Source: a virus. Taken from it: a stretch of DNA of 64,000 nucleotides. The notes below the pieces were generated by a model, which saw only the letters and a list, made by a program, of their open reading frames with translations, was not told the origin of the DNA and searched no databases. Positions 45,680 through 55,310 of the stretch are shown here, in pieces. The stretch is taken from the IMG/VR virus record IMGVR_UViG_3300012009_000091, positions 103,070-167,069 of that record; one strand, 5' to 3'. The first letter of the stretch is position 1. Every line of letters begins with the position of its first letter. Position numbers and translations under genes: made by a program.

Positions 45680-46717
45680 ATGGCTACCAATTTTGCCCCA
45701 TCTGTAGGCCGTGTATACATTGATCCAACTTCGTATCCTAACGGATCGAGTATTGAGCAACAGTTCCAAAGTCCTAAGCTCAACGATATTGCAGATGCGC
45801 TCGTTAACACAGGAGAAGGGTGGACCCGCGTTAATACGGTTGGGTATAGTTCTTACATGTGTTACACCATGTTGGAGCGTCTTTCCGGTTCTGATGTCGC
45901 GCAGATCGTGTTAGCGTATACGCAGAGTACTAGCTACATCAGCAGCAATAATTCCTTTTCGCAGGTCAGCACGAGTTACCTACTGTGGATCTGTTATAAG
46001 CCGTCTACGGTTGTGGCTACGCTCGATGATACCGGGTCCACTACTCCGTACCATAGTAATTTTTGTTCGGACGGTAATAGTTTCTTGCTTGCGCCTGTTC
46101 AATATGAGGGCGCGTTTCATGATAACGATTTTCACTTCATGTGGTTGGCGGATGGGGAGCGTGTGGTTCTTGTCGCAGAAAAGCCGCTACATTATCCGAT
46201 CGGTGTTGCGGCGTTTGGCCCTGATTTGATTGATACGTTCTACAATGTTGGCACTGCCAATTGGCAGGGGTCTGGAGACATCGCTCACCCGCAACCTGAT
46301 ACGCAGGCAGAACTGTTCTACGTTCGGTGTTATCCCTCGATGACCCCCGGTCAAGACTATCCGACATCGTTGCAGTGGTACAAAACGGATGGTGTCTGGA
46401 ATGGAACATATGGAGAGGGGGCTGCTGTTCGCGGAGAGTGGATTCAGAATGTTACCCCGAATGGCGTTCAGCCATTCATCCGAGAGCCTATTATCGTTTA
46501 TAAGTCTGAATACGGAGCTGTGTGGCCGGATACAGGTGGTGTTGATGGGAACGGTCTCAAGGGCAGCATAGATATGGACTTCCTTTCTGCTGTCAACGCT
46601 GGGCCGAATTCTGCGAACTTGAAGAGTTACCAGCGTCTAAGCAGCGGAGAATTGCTGCACGTTTCAGACGGTTTGTGTGTGGGGTGGGACGCGATGTTCG
46701 GCCCTGTGCCTACGTAG
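45680..46717 (+). CDS. putative tail or receptor-binding paralog 2
   Basis: paralog of the flanking genes. Confidence 0.7.
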   Translation: MATNFAPSVGRVYIDPTSYPNGSSIEQQFQSPKLNDIADALVNTGEGWTRVNTVGYSSYMCYTMLERLSGSDVAQIVLAYTQSTSYISSNNSFSQVSTSYLLWICYKPSTVVATLDDTGSTTPYHSNFCSDGNSFLLAPVQYEGAFHDNDFHFMWLADGERVVLVAEKPLHYPIGVAAFGPDLIDTFYNVGTANWQGSGDIAHPQPDTQAELFYVRCYPSMTPGQDYPTSLQWYKTDGVWNGTYGEGAAVRGEWIQNVTPNGVQPFIREPIIVYKSEYGAVWPDTGGVDGNGLKGSIDMDFLSAVNAGPNSANLKSYQRLSSGELLHVSDGLCVGWDAMFGPVPT

Positions 46718-46725
46718 GAGAGGTC

Positions 46726-47712
46726 ATGGCTACCGATTTCGCGCCATCTGTTGATACCATCATCATCGATATCGCCACATATGGGTCTCTTAGTACAGGC
46801 GCTGACCAACAGGATAAGCTCGAGGCGTTGGCAGATACCTTAGTTGGGATGGGAGAAGGGTGGACCCGGGTGGCCAGTTCGGATTTTAACGGGGTCAATC
46901 AAGGGTGGTTTGTTGTTCTGCAGCACGGTGCTGGTCCAATCTATACTCAGATTTGTCTGGCGTATTGTAACGCTCTATCGGATTTTGACGGGAACAATCT
47001 TGGCGGCCAATACAAGCCAAGCAACGGCTTGTATATTGCTTACAAGACGTCTACATCCGGTGCGAATTTCGACTACTCTACAGATGATCCGAACGGGTCG
47101 ACGTTCATCTCCGATGCCAACAGTTTCAAGTTTGTCTTGTGTCATGATCAGGGTACAGCTTTCCACAATAACGATTGGAAGTTCACGTGGTTGGCAGACG
47201 CGTCGCAAGTCGTCCTGGCGGCCAGCGACTCGTTGATGGTGCCTAATGGACTTTCGATCATGAGCGAAACGGCCATCGACGAGTATTACAACTCGGGGGA
47301 CACTCGACCCGAACTTCAGCTCAATTGGAGTACTACGGATATGACTCCGGGTGTCGACACGACTCACGGTCATCAGTTTTATCGGTACAACGACGGCACA
47401 ATGATTTCGTCGCACGGTTCAATTTGTAATGGGCTGGCGTGTCATGCGGAGATCATGACGAGTCAGTGTAACCCTGTGGAACCTTGGTTCGTCCAAAAGT
47501 TAGCGGTATGGAATGATGCCGTTGGCTCGTGTAATAATACAGGGTCAGGAGACAATTCGATCAAGGGGAACATCAACATGGACCTCCTGTCATTTATCAA
47601 TCACCATAATTTGGTTGATTGGCAGCAGATTGATTCCGGGAACAATTTGCACATTCATGACGGGATCATGGTTGGGTATGACCCGACAAACGGGCCTGTT
47701 CCGACGTCCTAG
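46726..47712 (+). CDS. putative tail or receptor-binding paralog 3
   Basis: paralog of the preceding genes. Confidence 0.7.
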   Translation: MATDFAPSVDTIIIDIATYGSLSTGADQQDKLEALADTLVGMGEGWTRVASSDFNGVNQGWFVVLQHGAGPIYTQICLAYCNALSDFDGNNLGGQYKPSNGLYIAYKTSTSGANFDYSTDDPNGSTFISDANSFKFVLCHDQGTAFHNNDWKFTWLADASQVVLAASDSLMVPNGLSIMSETAIDEYYNSGDTRPELQLNWSTTDMTPGVDTTHGHQFYRYNDGTMISSHGSICNGLACHAEIMTSQCNPVEPWFVQKLAVWNDAVGSCNNTGSGDNSIKGNINMDLLSFINHHNLVDWQQIDSGNNLHIHDGIMVGYDPTNGPVPTS

Positions 47713-47801
47713 ATCGGTAGATTGCAGGTTGTCTGATTTTCCACTTCTGCGGTATCATTCTACTGAGAAGGGGTGAAAACCTACAGAAGCGGGAGAACGA
47801 C

Positions 47802-48599
47802 ATGAGCGATGAGAAGAAAAAACCAGGGTCGATGGTCATTCGACGTCCCCGCAATACTTGGTCTGAGGATATGGCTGAAACCGTACCGACGTCTCAGCCC
47901 ATCCCAGGTGTTCACGATGTTGGGGATGACACGCCTCCGGAAGTTCCTGTTCTCAGACGAACAGTCGGTGATGTCGATACAAATAGCGTGGTTATCCATA
48001 ATGTGTCTGTGATCGCTCCTGGCCGCGATCTGATGAATGCGCTCAAGCTTATGCCCGTCACTTTGCAGTATCACTACATTTCTCCAGTGAAGGATGGGTT
48101 CGTCGAGCGCGCATTGAAGACTCGGCCTTCAGTCGTAGTGGTTTGTTCTGACGGGTGTTCGGTCATTTCCGGCCATCGAATTTGCGAGGCGGTTAAAGGC
48201 TCTTCGAATACTCCTGTGGTGTTCGTGAATAATGGAGAACTCCCACCGAACTTTTCACATGAGCCCTTCGCTGATGTAGATGTGCTGTACCCTACCAATT
48301 TCGAAGAGCGATTCAATCTTGTCGTCGAATTGGCTCGAATCGCGTACAATGTTCCTGTTCCCAGTGTTCGTGTAGGACCTAGTCCAGCGGAAGTGAAATT
48401 TGTCAAGTATAGGAGCCGAACATGGGCTTTCATCGGGATACCATTCACATCTATCGTATCAGGCGCAATAGCTTTGTGGCTGACGAACGACCCAGAGTTG
48501 GCAGCGCAATTTGCGCTGATTATGGGTTTCGTTATAACCGGGACAGCAGTCAGTCCACGCTTGATCGAAAAGATTATCGAAAAGTGGGTTGGGCGCTGA
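47802..48599 (+). CDS. degenerate receiver-like domain with two C-terminal TM helices
   Basis: RPSVVVV...ISGHRICEAVK..SNTPVVFV pattern; no canonical phospho-Asp. Confidence 0.5.
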   Translation: MSDEKKKPGSMVIRRPRNTWSEDMAETVPTSQPIPGVHDVGDDTPPEVPVLRRTVGDVDTNSVVIHNVSVIAPGRDLMNALKLMPVTLQYHYISPVKDGFVERALKTRPSVVVVCSDGCSVISGHRICEAVKGSSNTPVVFVNNGELPPNFSHEPFADVDVLYPTNFEERFNLVVELARIAYNVPVPSVRVGPSPAEVKFVKYRSRTWAFIGIPFTSIVSGAIALWLTNDPELAAQFALIMGFVITGTAVSPRLIEKIIEKWVGR

Positions 48600-48756
48600 T
48601 CATATTGTTGTGGGTGCTCATGGTTCTGTTTTTTGCAGGGTGTATGGTGGTGTCTTTTATCTAGGGGTGCTGTTGTACGCCTTCTGCATCTCCGGTATTC
48701 TCTACCAAAACGCCCTTCGGGGCAGTGTGAAAATCTCTACCATTTAGGAGGACCGT

Positions 48757-49191
48757 ATGGCTGATTTCGGAATGACCTTGTTATCGTACTTGCTTCCTGT
48801 CATCGCGGCTGTGTTGACTGGGCTCATTTCTTGGGGGCTTTCCAAGCTTTTCAAGAAGTGGGGGATCGACTTGGATCTCACCAAAGACGCGACTGTTCGA
48901 TCTGCGATTCGGACGGCGATCAGTGGCGCTGAAGAGTGGTCTGAGAGGAAGCTCAAGATCGAAGGGAAGAAGCCAGAGGGTGCCGAGAAGGCCAAGTGGG
49001 TACATGCTCAAGTATCTCGTATGTGGCCAAAACTTTTGCCTAACGATCTCGACGGCATGATCGATGAGGAGCTCTCCCTCATGTCTGGAGTCGGGGCCAC
49101 CGGGGATCGAGTTATCGGCGCGCGGCTCTATCCGCCTGTGGGGGCGCTTGATGGGAAGATGCCACTTAATGAGACTACGGTAGAACAATGA
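48757..49191 (+). CDS. holin (LL-H-like)
   Basis: single N-terminal TM, AI..AEE...G.EK motif, directly before the spanins. Confidence 0.7.
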   Translation: MADFGMTLLSYLLPVIAAVLTGLISWGLSKLFKKWGIDLDLTKDATVRSAIRTAISGAEEWSERKLKIEGKKPEGAEKAKWVHAQVSRMWPKLLPNDLDGMIDEELSLMSGVGATGDRVIGARLYPPVGALDGKMPLNETTVEQ

Positions 49192-49592
49192 CGGTCACCG
49201 CTGCTATTCTGGCTATTGTGGCCGCTCTTCTTCCGCTCTTCGTGAAATGGCTTAATACAAAAATGGAGGAGAAGCCGGATGGACTTTCCACCCTCGCTCG
49301 ATTCCATGCACAAGAAATCCGCGACCTTTCTACCGCTATGGAGTCTGGTACTGCTACTGACGTGGCTTTTGTTTGGGCTCGGCATGATCGGATGTTGCTC
49401 GACGCCGGTTTGTCCCCCTCTCGATCCGGAGGTGGTGGTAGTCGACAACTCCGAGATCTCAAAGAACTCCGACGGGACGTACACAGTCACCGTTGGGTGG
49501 ATGTTGCGTCGCCTCGAGTACGAACAGAGTCTCCTCGCCGCACTCGGGCGCTGCGAAGAGGGGATGCAGTGAGTATTCCAATTTTGGATTGA
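49188..49592 (+). CDS. Rz-like inner-membrane spanin
   Basis: N-terminal TM; hosts an embedded lipoprotein ORF. Confidence 0.55.
   Translation: MTVTAAILAIVAALLPLFVKWLNTKMEEKPDGLSTLARFHAQEIRDLSTAMESGTATDVAFVWARHDRMLLDAGLSPSRSGGGGSRQLRDLKELRRDVHSHRWVDVASPRVRTESPRRTRALRRGDAVSIPILD
49306..49572 (+). CDS. Rz1-like outer-membrane lipoprotein spanin (embedded, +1 frame)
   Basis: MHKK-hydrophobic-MIG/C lipobox; Pro-rich; late Cys. Confidence 0.65.
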   Translation: MHKKSATFLPLWSLVLLLTWLLFGLGMIGCCSTPVCPPLDPEVVVVDNSEISKNSDGTYTVTVGWMLRRLEYEQSLLAALGRCEEGMQ

Positions 49593-49596
49593 GTGC

Positions 49597-50979
49597 ATGC
49601 CTGAAGAATATGATCCTAGACTTGATGAGGCTCCCCCTTCGGCGGCTGAAATTGCAACGTTGACCGGGTTAGGCGCGGCATCGATTGCCGCGCCCTATAC
49701 TTCACAGTTTACGCGAGCTGTTCACCATTTGGGGTCGCTTGAATCGGACAAACGTTTGACCAGCAAACTAATACGTCGTCTAGAGGATGCGGCAGACGTG
49801 GCCCGCGGTACTGTGACGCGTTTTTCAGATCTACCGCCTGGCGGTGAGTTTACTGCTACGGGGCTTAACATTTCCCCTAAAGGGGTGAAGGTATTTTCTC
49901 CATATGTGGAGGTTTCTTCTTATACTCCTCCGTTTACGGTGGCCCATGAATTAGGTCACGCCCAGCAGGGAAAATCAAAAGCTCGCATTCTGCTTTCCGG
50001 CTTGTTGAAAAGCAGATTCATGAAGTATGCGCCGGCCTTTGGGGCGGCGGTGGCAGATCCTGATTCTGTCGAAGGTAAATATATCGTTCCTGGTCTAGGG
50101 ATCGCTCGTGGAGTACATACATTAGGCGATGAAGCCGGTGCGTGGGTGCGGGGAAGAAATATCCTTCGTCGGGCCGGATTACCGACAAAAGGATTAGCTC
50201 GGTCAGCGTCTGGGGCGTTGCTGTCGTATTTGCCACAGATGGTGGCGGCCGGATCGATCCCTCTTGCTATTCGAGCTATCAAGAAACGATTGGCTGGAGG
50301 TGGAGGACGCGCTGAAGAACCCTTGAAAGAGGCGGCCCGCAAACTCGACGGCAAGTATCGTTTTCAAGGTTTTCCGATTTCCATTGAAACCGCGAAGGGG
50401 GCCACTCGTTCGGGTATCGATAAAGACGGTCGTGAATGGTCCGTCAAGATGAACTGTGATTATGGCTATATCCGAGGGACGGAAGGGTATGATGGAGAAC
50501 ATCTCGATGTTTTCATCGGTCCCCACGAAGATTCCATCTCGGTGTTTGTGGTCCGGCAGATTCATCCGGACACGAAGAAGTTCGACGAGGACAAAGTGTT
50601 GCTTGGGTTCAAGTCCCAAGAGAAAGCGCTCAAGACCTATCTCGGCAACTATGATCGGAAAGATCATGTAGACGGGATTCGGGAGATCCCCCTCGACGCT
50701 TTCCGTGCTATGATTAAAGTGCACAAGGGGAAAAAATTGACTGACACCGACACGATCCAAAAGGTCGCCCAGTTTCTCCTTCCCGGATTCCGTATTGTTC
50801 TAGCGGCTGAGAACGCGAGTGCACCTCGGTTAAGCGGGGGGTTGAAAGGAACTACCGGCAAGAAACCGAAACCACCCGCGATGAATCTCACACAGGGCAG
50901 TATCAGTGTTCCTGGTATGCGAACCGGATCCACAGCGACTGACACCAACTTGATGCCGAAGATCCGCTCCGATTCTTAG
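49597..50979 (+). CDS. Zn-metallopeptidase-like + inorganic pyrophosphatase-like (InPase) fusion
   Basis: AHELGHA...DEAGAW; ISIE..KG..RSG.D..G..W...M..DYGYIRGT.G.DGEHLDVFIGP...FDEDKVLLGF. Confidence 0.75.
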   Translation: MPEEYDPRLDEAPPSAAEIATLTGLGAASIAAPYTSQFTRAVHHLGSLESDKRLTSKLIRRLEDAADVARGTVTRFSDLPPGGEFTATGLNISPKGVKVFSPYVEVSSYTPPFTVAHELGHAQQGKSKARILLSGLLKSRFMKYAPAFGAAVADPDSVEGKYIVPGLGIARGVHTLGDEAGAWVRGRNILRRAGLPTKGLARSASGALLSYLPQMVAAGSIPLAIRAIKKRLAGGGGRAEEPLKEAARKLDGKYRFQGFPISIETAKGATRSGIDKDGREWSVKMNCDYGYIRGTEGYDGEHLDVFIGPHEDSISVFVVRQIHPDTKKFDEDKVLLGFKSQEKALKTYLGNYDRKDHVDGIREIPLDAFRAMIKVHKGKKLTDTDTIQKVAQFLLPGFRIVLAAENASAPRLSGGLKGTTGKKPKPPAMNLTQGSISVPGMRTGSTATDTNLMPKIRSDS

Positions 50980-51079
50980 TTCACCAGAGTTCCCTCTGTA
51001 CTTTTCATATCAGCTCCTCTATAGTTGCGAAGTCAGTATAAGCTGACACATACATGTGTAACTATATAGGAGAAGAACA

Positions 51080-52099
51080 ATGTCAGCACTGTTGGATTCC
51101 ATGTTTTGGGTCGCCGAAGACGGCGAACCGTGGCATAAGGAAGGAACCCGAATTGAGTATCGAGTCACTACTGGAAAGGAGGCACAGAAACTCGCAGGCT
51201 GTGAATGGGGTGTAGAGTTGCGGCCACTCTACTTTCAATCTAGTCTCAGCATTTCACGACAGGCGGCAGATGGGAGTCAGTATGAAGAGCGGCAGCTAGT
51301 CGAAACTGACCAATGCGCGGTCATTCGGACCGACACGGAGGGGTATTTGGCAACTGTCGGCCGGAAGTTTGAACCGCTGCAGAACGATGAATTCTTTTCG
51401 CTGATGGATGAGATCGTTGGGCAAGAAGAGGCGGACTATCGAACAGCTGGATCTCTGAAAGGAGGCCGCGTCGTGTGGGTCTTGGCGTCTCTACCTGGTT
51501 ATCTCAAGGTCGGCAAAGATGATCACATCGCTCAGTTTCTTCTGGCGTCTAATGCGCATGACGGGTCCCAGTCGTATCGCATCAACCCGACCACAGTGCG
51601 GGTGGTGTGTAACAATACGCTCACCATGGCAAATTCTATTGCAGATCAAACAGAGGCCAACGGGGGCGTGAGTGTGCAGCGGTTCTGGCATACGTCTGGA
51701 TTGCAGAAGAGAGCTTGGGACTACGCCAAAGCTATGGCTCAGATTCGAGTCTTGTTCAAGAAGTCCGAGGAGGTCTATCAGGAGCTCGCCCAGTGTGAAG
51801 TGAACCAAGAGGATGTAGACAACTTCTTGGAGGACGTCTTCCCGATTCCCGAGGATGCCAAGCGTCCGACGCGCATGTTGAACATGCGCGAGTCGGTGCT
51901 TCACAAGTTCGAGGGCGCTGGATTGGGATCTGATCTCATTACAGCTCGAGGAACCGCATGGGGACTTTACAATGCTCTTGCCGAGTTCGTGGATCATGAT
52001 CGTGGCAATAGTGTGGATCAACGACAGTACAACTCGTGGTTTGGTACTGGCGCTTCCATGAAGGAGCGCGGTTTCATTCACGTCGCCAATTGGCTGTAG
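51080..52099 (+). CDS. DUF932-family phage/plasmid protein
   Basis: PWH..G, PLQN.E.F, TAGSLKGGR.VW, NAHDGS, RVVCNNTL, GTAWGLYNA..E..DH. Confidence 0.88.
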   Translation: MSALLDSMFWVAEDGEPWHKEGTRIEYRVTTGKEAQKLAGCEWGVELRPLYFQSSLSISRQAADGSQYEERQLVETDQCAVIRTDTEGYLATVGRKFEPLQNDEFFSLMDEIVGQEEADYRTAGSLKGGRVVWVLASLPGYLKVGKDDHIAQFLLASNAHDGSQSYRINPTTVRVVCNNTLTMANSIADQTEANGGVSVQRFWHTSGLQKRAWDYAKAMAQIRVLFKKSEEVYQELAQCEVNQEDVDNFLEDVFPIPEDAKRPTRMLNMRESVLHKFEGAGLGSDLITARGTAWGLYNALAEFVDHDRGNSVDQRQYNSWFGTGASMKERGFIHVANWL

Positions 52100-52300
52100 A
52101 CCCTAAGTGCGCATTTCTGCGCACAACTCCTTAGTTCATAACAGGAGCTCCGCTAGGAGTTTCTGTTAGCTTACGTAGGCTAAAAAAGTGAGCACGGTTC
52201 TCTAGGCTGATATGGATGAAGGCCAGTATAGAACTTCTTACCGCATACTAAAAATACGCGGGTCCGACTTACTCCTTTTGTCTCGCCGCGTACTGTAGAG

Positions 52301-52456
52301 TTATGGAGTAGACTTCTTCCGGCCGCCGTTCTGCGCTCGCAAGCGCATGCGGCGGCCGGCTCGCCAATCCTCGACGGCCTCTCGGCCGTGTCGGATCAGG
52401 AGCCCAGCCGCCACACCGCTTGCAAACGCAACGGTGGCGGTGATGAACAGTATCAT
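52301..52456 (-). CDS. 51-aa membrane peptide with basic tail (below track cutoff)
   Basis: MILFITATVAFASGVAAGLLIRHGRE...RKKSTP; GTATAAG at 52479 and RBS GGAGG. Confidence 0.6.
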   Translation of the reverse strand: MILFITATVAFASGVAAGLLIRHGREAVEDWRAGRRMRLRAQNGGRKKSTP

Positions 52457-52658
52457 GTTTCCTCCGTTTCTCTAATTACTTATACAGGATACTAAAAAAC
52501 GGGTGATTTCGTTCCCTTCATTGCGTATCCTTGATTCCGGTTCGACTCTCGAACTCTCCTCACAACTCTTGAGTTGGTTTTGGCAACAAGAGTCCTCACG
52601 GACTTCTTAATACCCTTGACGGGTCAACGGGAATCACCCGCTCGATCTCTCAACTGTC

Positions 52659-52850
52659 CTACAGATCAAGCCAGTTCTTGGCCCGATTGATCCGCCCTCC
52701 GGTTCGGCATCTGTCTTTCTGGCGGCTTGCTTTCACCTTACGCGATGCTTTTTGGGTCTTGTACTCAGACTTCAGCTTCCTCAGTGCAGCATCGGTCCGC
52801 TGTTGAACGACTTTCGCTTCTGCCCGACGGGTTTTTCGCGATCTTGCCAT
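52659..52850 (-). CDS. small basic protein
   Basis: GTATAAG at 52884 and RBS GGAG; K/R-rich. Confidence 0.6.
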   Translation of the reverse strand: MARSRKTRRAEAKVVQQRTDAALRKLKSEYKTQKASRKVKASRQKDRCRTGGRINRAKNWLDL

Positions 52851-52957
52851 TGGTTTCTCCGTTAGGTAGTTTCCGATCAAATACTTATACCTATGAAATC
52901 ATTAATTTTTTAGTTCAAATTCATGGTATAAGACGGAGCTGTCATAAAGGAGGAAAT

Positions 52958-53578
52958 ATGAAGCTCATAATTTACACTGATGGAAGTTGCTACCCAAACC
53001 CCGGGCCTGGTGGAGGGTGGGGTGCAGTGATAACCACGCCTGATCATGCTATTTTGGCCTGTGGTCGAACTGCATCCGGATTCGGCTCAGTGATGATGCC
53101 GATGAAAGATGACCCAACTCCACGAATGCTCACCACCAATAATCGGCAAGAATTGATGGGCATCTTGATGGCGCTGAGACTGTTAGAGGCAGAAGGTCAT
53201 CATATCTGGGTTTGGTCGGATTCAGAATGGGCCGTCAATTCGATTTCTGGGAAATATCGATCCAACAAAAACAAGGATCTGCTCGACCAAATTCGGATGG
53301 AAATCAAGCGATTAGGTACAGCTCATTGTAAATTTCGTCATATCAAAGGACATGCAGGTCACCCACTTAATGAGCTGGCTGATAGGTTGGCTGGAAAAGG
53401 GCTACAAGCGGTAGACAGTCTCAAGATTGAGGACGGTAGGTGGCTAGATGATGAACATCAGAGGTTAATAGAAGTCGTTGGTTTTCTTCCCCAAGATATT
53501 TCGGATGGAGGAGGATCTTCGCGAGCCTCCTCCACCCTAGTGACATACCATCACACACTTCGGATCAGTTTTCGTTAG
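52958..53578 (+). CDS. rnhA: ribonuclease HI
   Basis: IYTDGSC..NPGPGG, TNNRQEL, SDSEW, HIKGHAGHPLNELADRLA. Confidence 0.92.
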   Translation: MKLIIYTDGSCYPNPGPGGGWGAVITTPDHAILACGRTASGFGSVMMPMKDDPTPRMLTTNNRQELMGILMALRLLEAEGHHIWVWSDSEWAVNSISGKYRSNKNKDLLDQIRMEIKRLGTAHCKFRHIKGHAGHPLNELADRLAGKGLQAVDSLKIEDGRWLDDEHQRLIEVVGFLPQDISDGGGSSRASSTLVTYHHTLRISFR

Positions 53579-54339
53579 TCGTAGTCGTCTCGGGAGGTAT
53601 AGACCTCCCGAGCGACATTGATCTCGTCTTTTTGGAAGCCTGCTTGTTTTAGCTCTCGCGGAAGATTGACGTGTCCGTACTCATCGATGGACAGATTGAT
53701 CTCAGTTGCGGCGATGTCTGTTCTCGGATTGGCTACACGTACTTTCAGCGACTTTCTTGTATCGTCTAGGACGACAAGGGCGCGATCATCTTCTTTGGCT
53801 GCATGTGGAATCCCTCTTTTTAGTCCTCTCTCGTTCATCATACGCATGACCAGTGTCGCTGTATCTGCAGAGCGGTATCTTGTTCTCATCTTCTGTAGAA
53901 GTGTTTGGATTTCATGCCACCGTTCCAGGCCGTCTTTTTTGGTGAGTAGGGCGTCCAGCGTGTCGATGACCAATAGATCGTAGGATTTTCTTTGTGCAGC
54001 GCGGAGAGCTCTCTCCATCCCGTCCAGATCAATCGTTCGGGCTACGTTGATGGTGCTCAAATTCAAATCCGCGCGGCGCATGAGTTCGAGATCCAACATG
54101 ACGGTAGCGATGATCCCGATTGTCTGATGGCGCTGTTGCGCTGTTCGCAGTGCAGCGAGGAGGAGCCGTTCTGGATCACTCCCCGCGGCAAAGTAAATGG
54201 TCGTGATTTGTCCTCTGAGATACCCTCCGTTTAGTGCTGTGTCCAAGGCGACGCTTCCTGTCTGAAAGTAGCTTGGCTTAGCGCGTTTGGTTTTTCTCCA
54301 CCTTTTAGCTTCTTCGGCTTGACGTCGGAGCGACTTCAT
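53575..54339 (-). CDS. degenerate RecA-like protein
   Basis: TGSVALDTALNGGYLRGQITTIY...DLLVIDTLDAL; Walker A lost (AAGSDPER). Confidence 0.75.
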   Translation of the reverse strand: MKSLRRQAEEAKRWRKTKRAKPSYFQTGSVALDTALNGGYLRGQITTIYFAAGSDPERLLLAALRTAQQRHQTIGIIATVMLDLELMRRADLNLSTINVARTIDLDGMERALRAAQRKSYDLLVIDTLDALLTKKDGLERWHEIQTLLQKMRTRYRSADTATLVMRMMNERGLKRGIPHAAKEDDRALVVLDDTRKSLKVRVANPRTDIAATEINLSIDEYGHVNLPRELKQAGFQKDEINVAREVYTSRDDYD

Positions 54340-54863
54340 AAGTCTTCCTCCTCGAATCCATATTCAAACAATGCTTGACGCAGCTTTCGGTTCTCTAGGT
54401 CCAACTGCTTATTACGCGCAAGGAGCTCAGCGATCTTCTTTGATGCTGTGGCGTGTGAGACAGAATCGATGTGACATATTGGACAGGGCGTGTCTGCTTT
54501 CTGTCGGTCATACCAGACCAAATTACACCAGCCTTCGTCGGCATCTATGAGCATGTATTCCCGGTCCATTAAAGCAAGTGTGTCTGCAATAAAGTACAGC
54601 CAAGATTCGTTTTCGCCAATGCGATCTACTAGTGCATCTGTGATAATGTCTGGGGTCATGTTCAATACATCATCGAGCTGTTGTTCGATCCCCGTAGCAA
54701 TCCGATGTAGGATGGAGATCAGTTTCTTGCGTGAGATCTTCTCCGGTTCTTTTTGTAACAGGCGAATAAGGCTTTTTAGCCGACGGAGTTCGGATCCCTC
54801 ATGGTTCAAATCGCTCGAGATCTGCTTTAGCACCTCCCGCGCGAAGTCTGTGGTCGATATCAT
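54336..54863 (-). CDS. hypothetical protein
   Basis: GTATAAG at 54891 and RBS AAGGAGG. Confidence 0.7.
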   Translation of the reverse strand: MISTTDFAREVLKQISSDLNHEGSELRRLKSLIRLLQKEPEKISRKKLISILHRIATGIEQQLDDVLNMTPDIITDALVDRIGENESWLYFIADTLALMDREYMLIDADEGWCNLVWYDRQKADTPCPICHIDSVSHATASKKIAELLARNKQLDLENRKLRQALFEYGFEEEDL

Positions 54864-54900
54864 AGCAACCTCCTTCGTATTTGTTGTGCTCTTATACAGG

Positions 54901-55310
54901 CTAAAAACGACGCCACTGGACCGTCACGGTGTTGTGTTCGCCCGGTCCCGGCTCCTCCAGTAACCGGAGGAGATGAGACCGGTTACTATTGCAACCGGGG
55001 TCGGCATTCACGTGAGCTCTCCCTCCCCCCGAATGGGGTTGTCCACTCACCACCATGGGCGTCATTTCTTGTGACAATTCTGTACGGTGTACACCAGCCC
55101 CGCGTTAGCGGGTGCTTCACCTTAGCTGGTGCTACCTCTCCGAGCGTACTTCAGTCTAGGGAGCTGTGGACGTTTCCGTCCGGTCCCCATTACCTTTCCT
55201 ACTAGGTACGGAAGGTCTGACTCCGTACAGGTTTGCAAGATCGAACGCTCACGACACGACACTTCGCAGTGCAACTCCCGGATTACGGTATCTGGAAGTT
55301 TTCGATCTCT
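54901..55310 (-). ncRNA. candidate ~410-nt structured ncRNA
   Basis: promoter motif at 55317-55323, TTTTTAG end, GNRA-capped and nested stems. Confidence 0.6.

Noticed and set aside
52590-52606. Hammerhead ribozyme (GTCCGTGAGGAC stem on minus)
   Set aside because: The flanking CUGAnGA and GAAA core nucleotides are absent.
52727-52957. N-terminal extension of RNase H in the track
   Set aside because: It spans a divergent promoter pair; the RBS AAAGGAGG supports ATG 52958.
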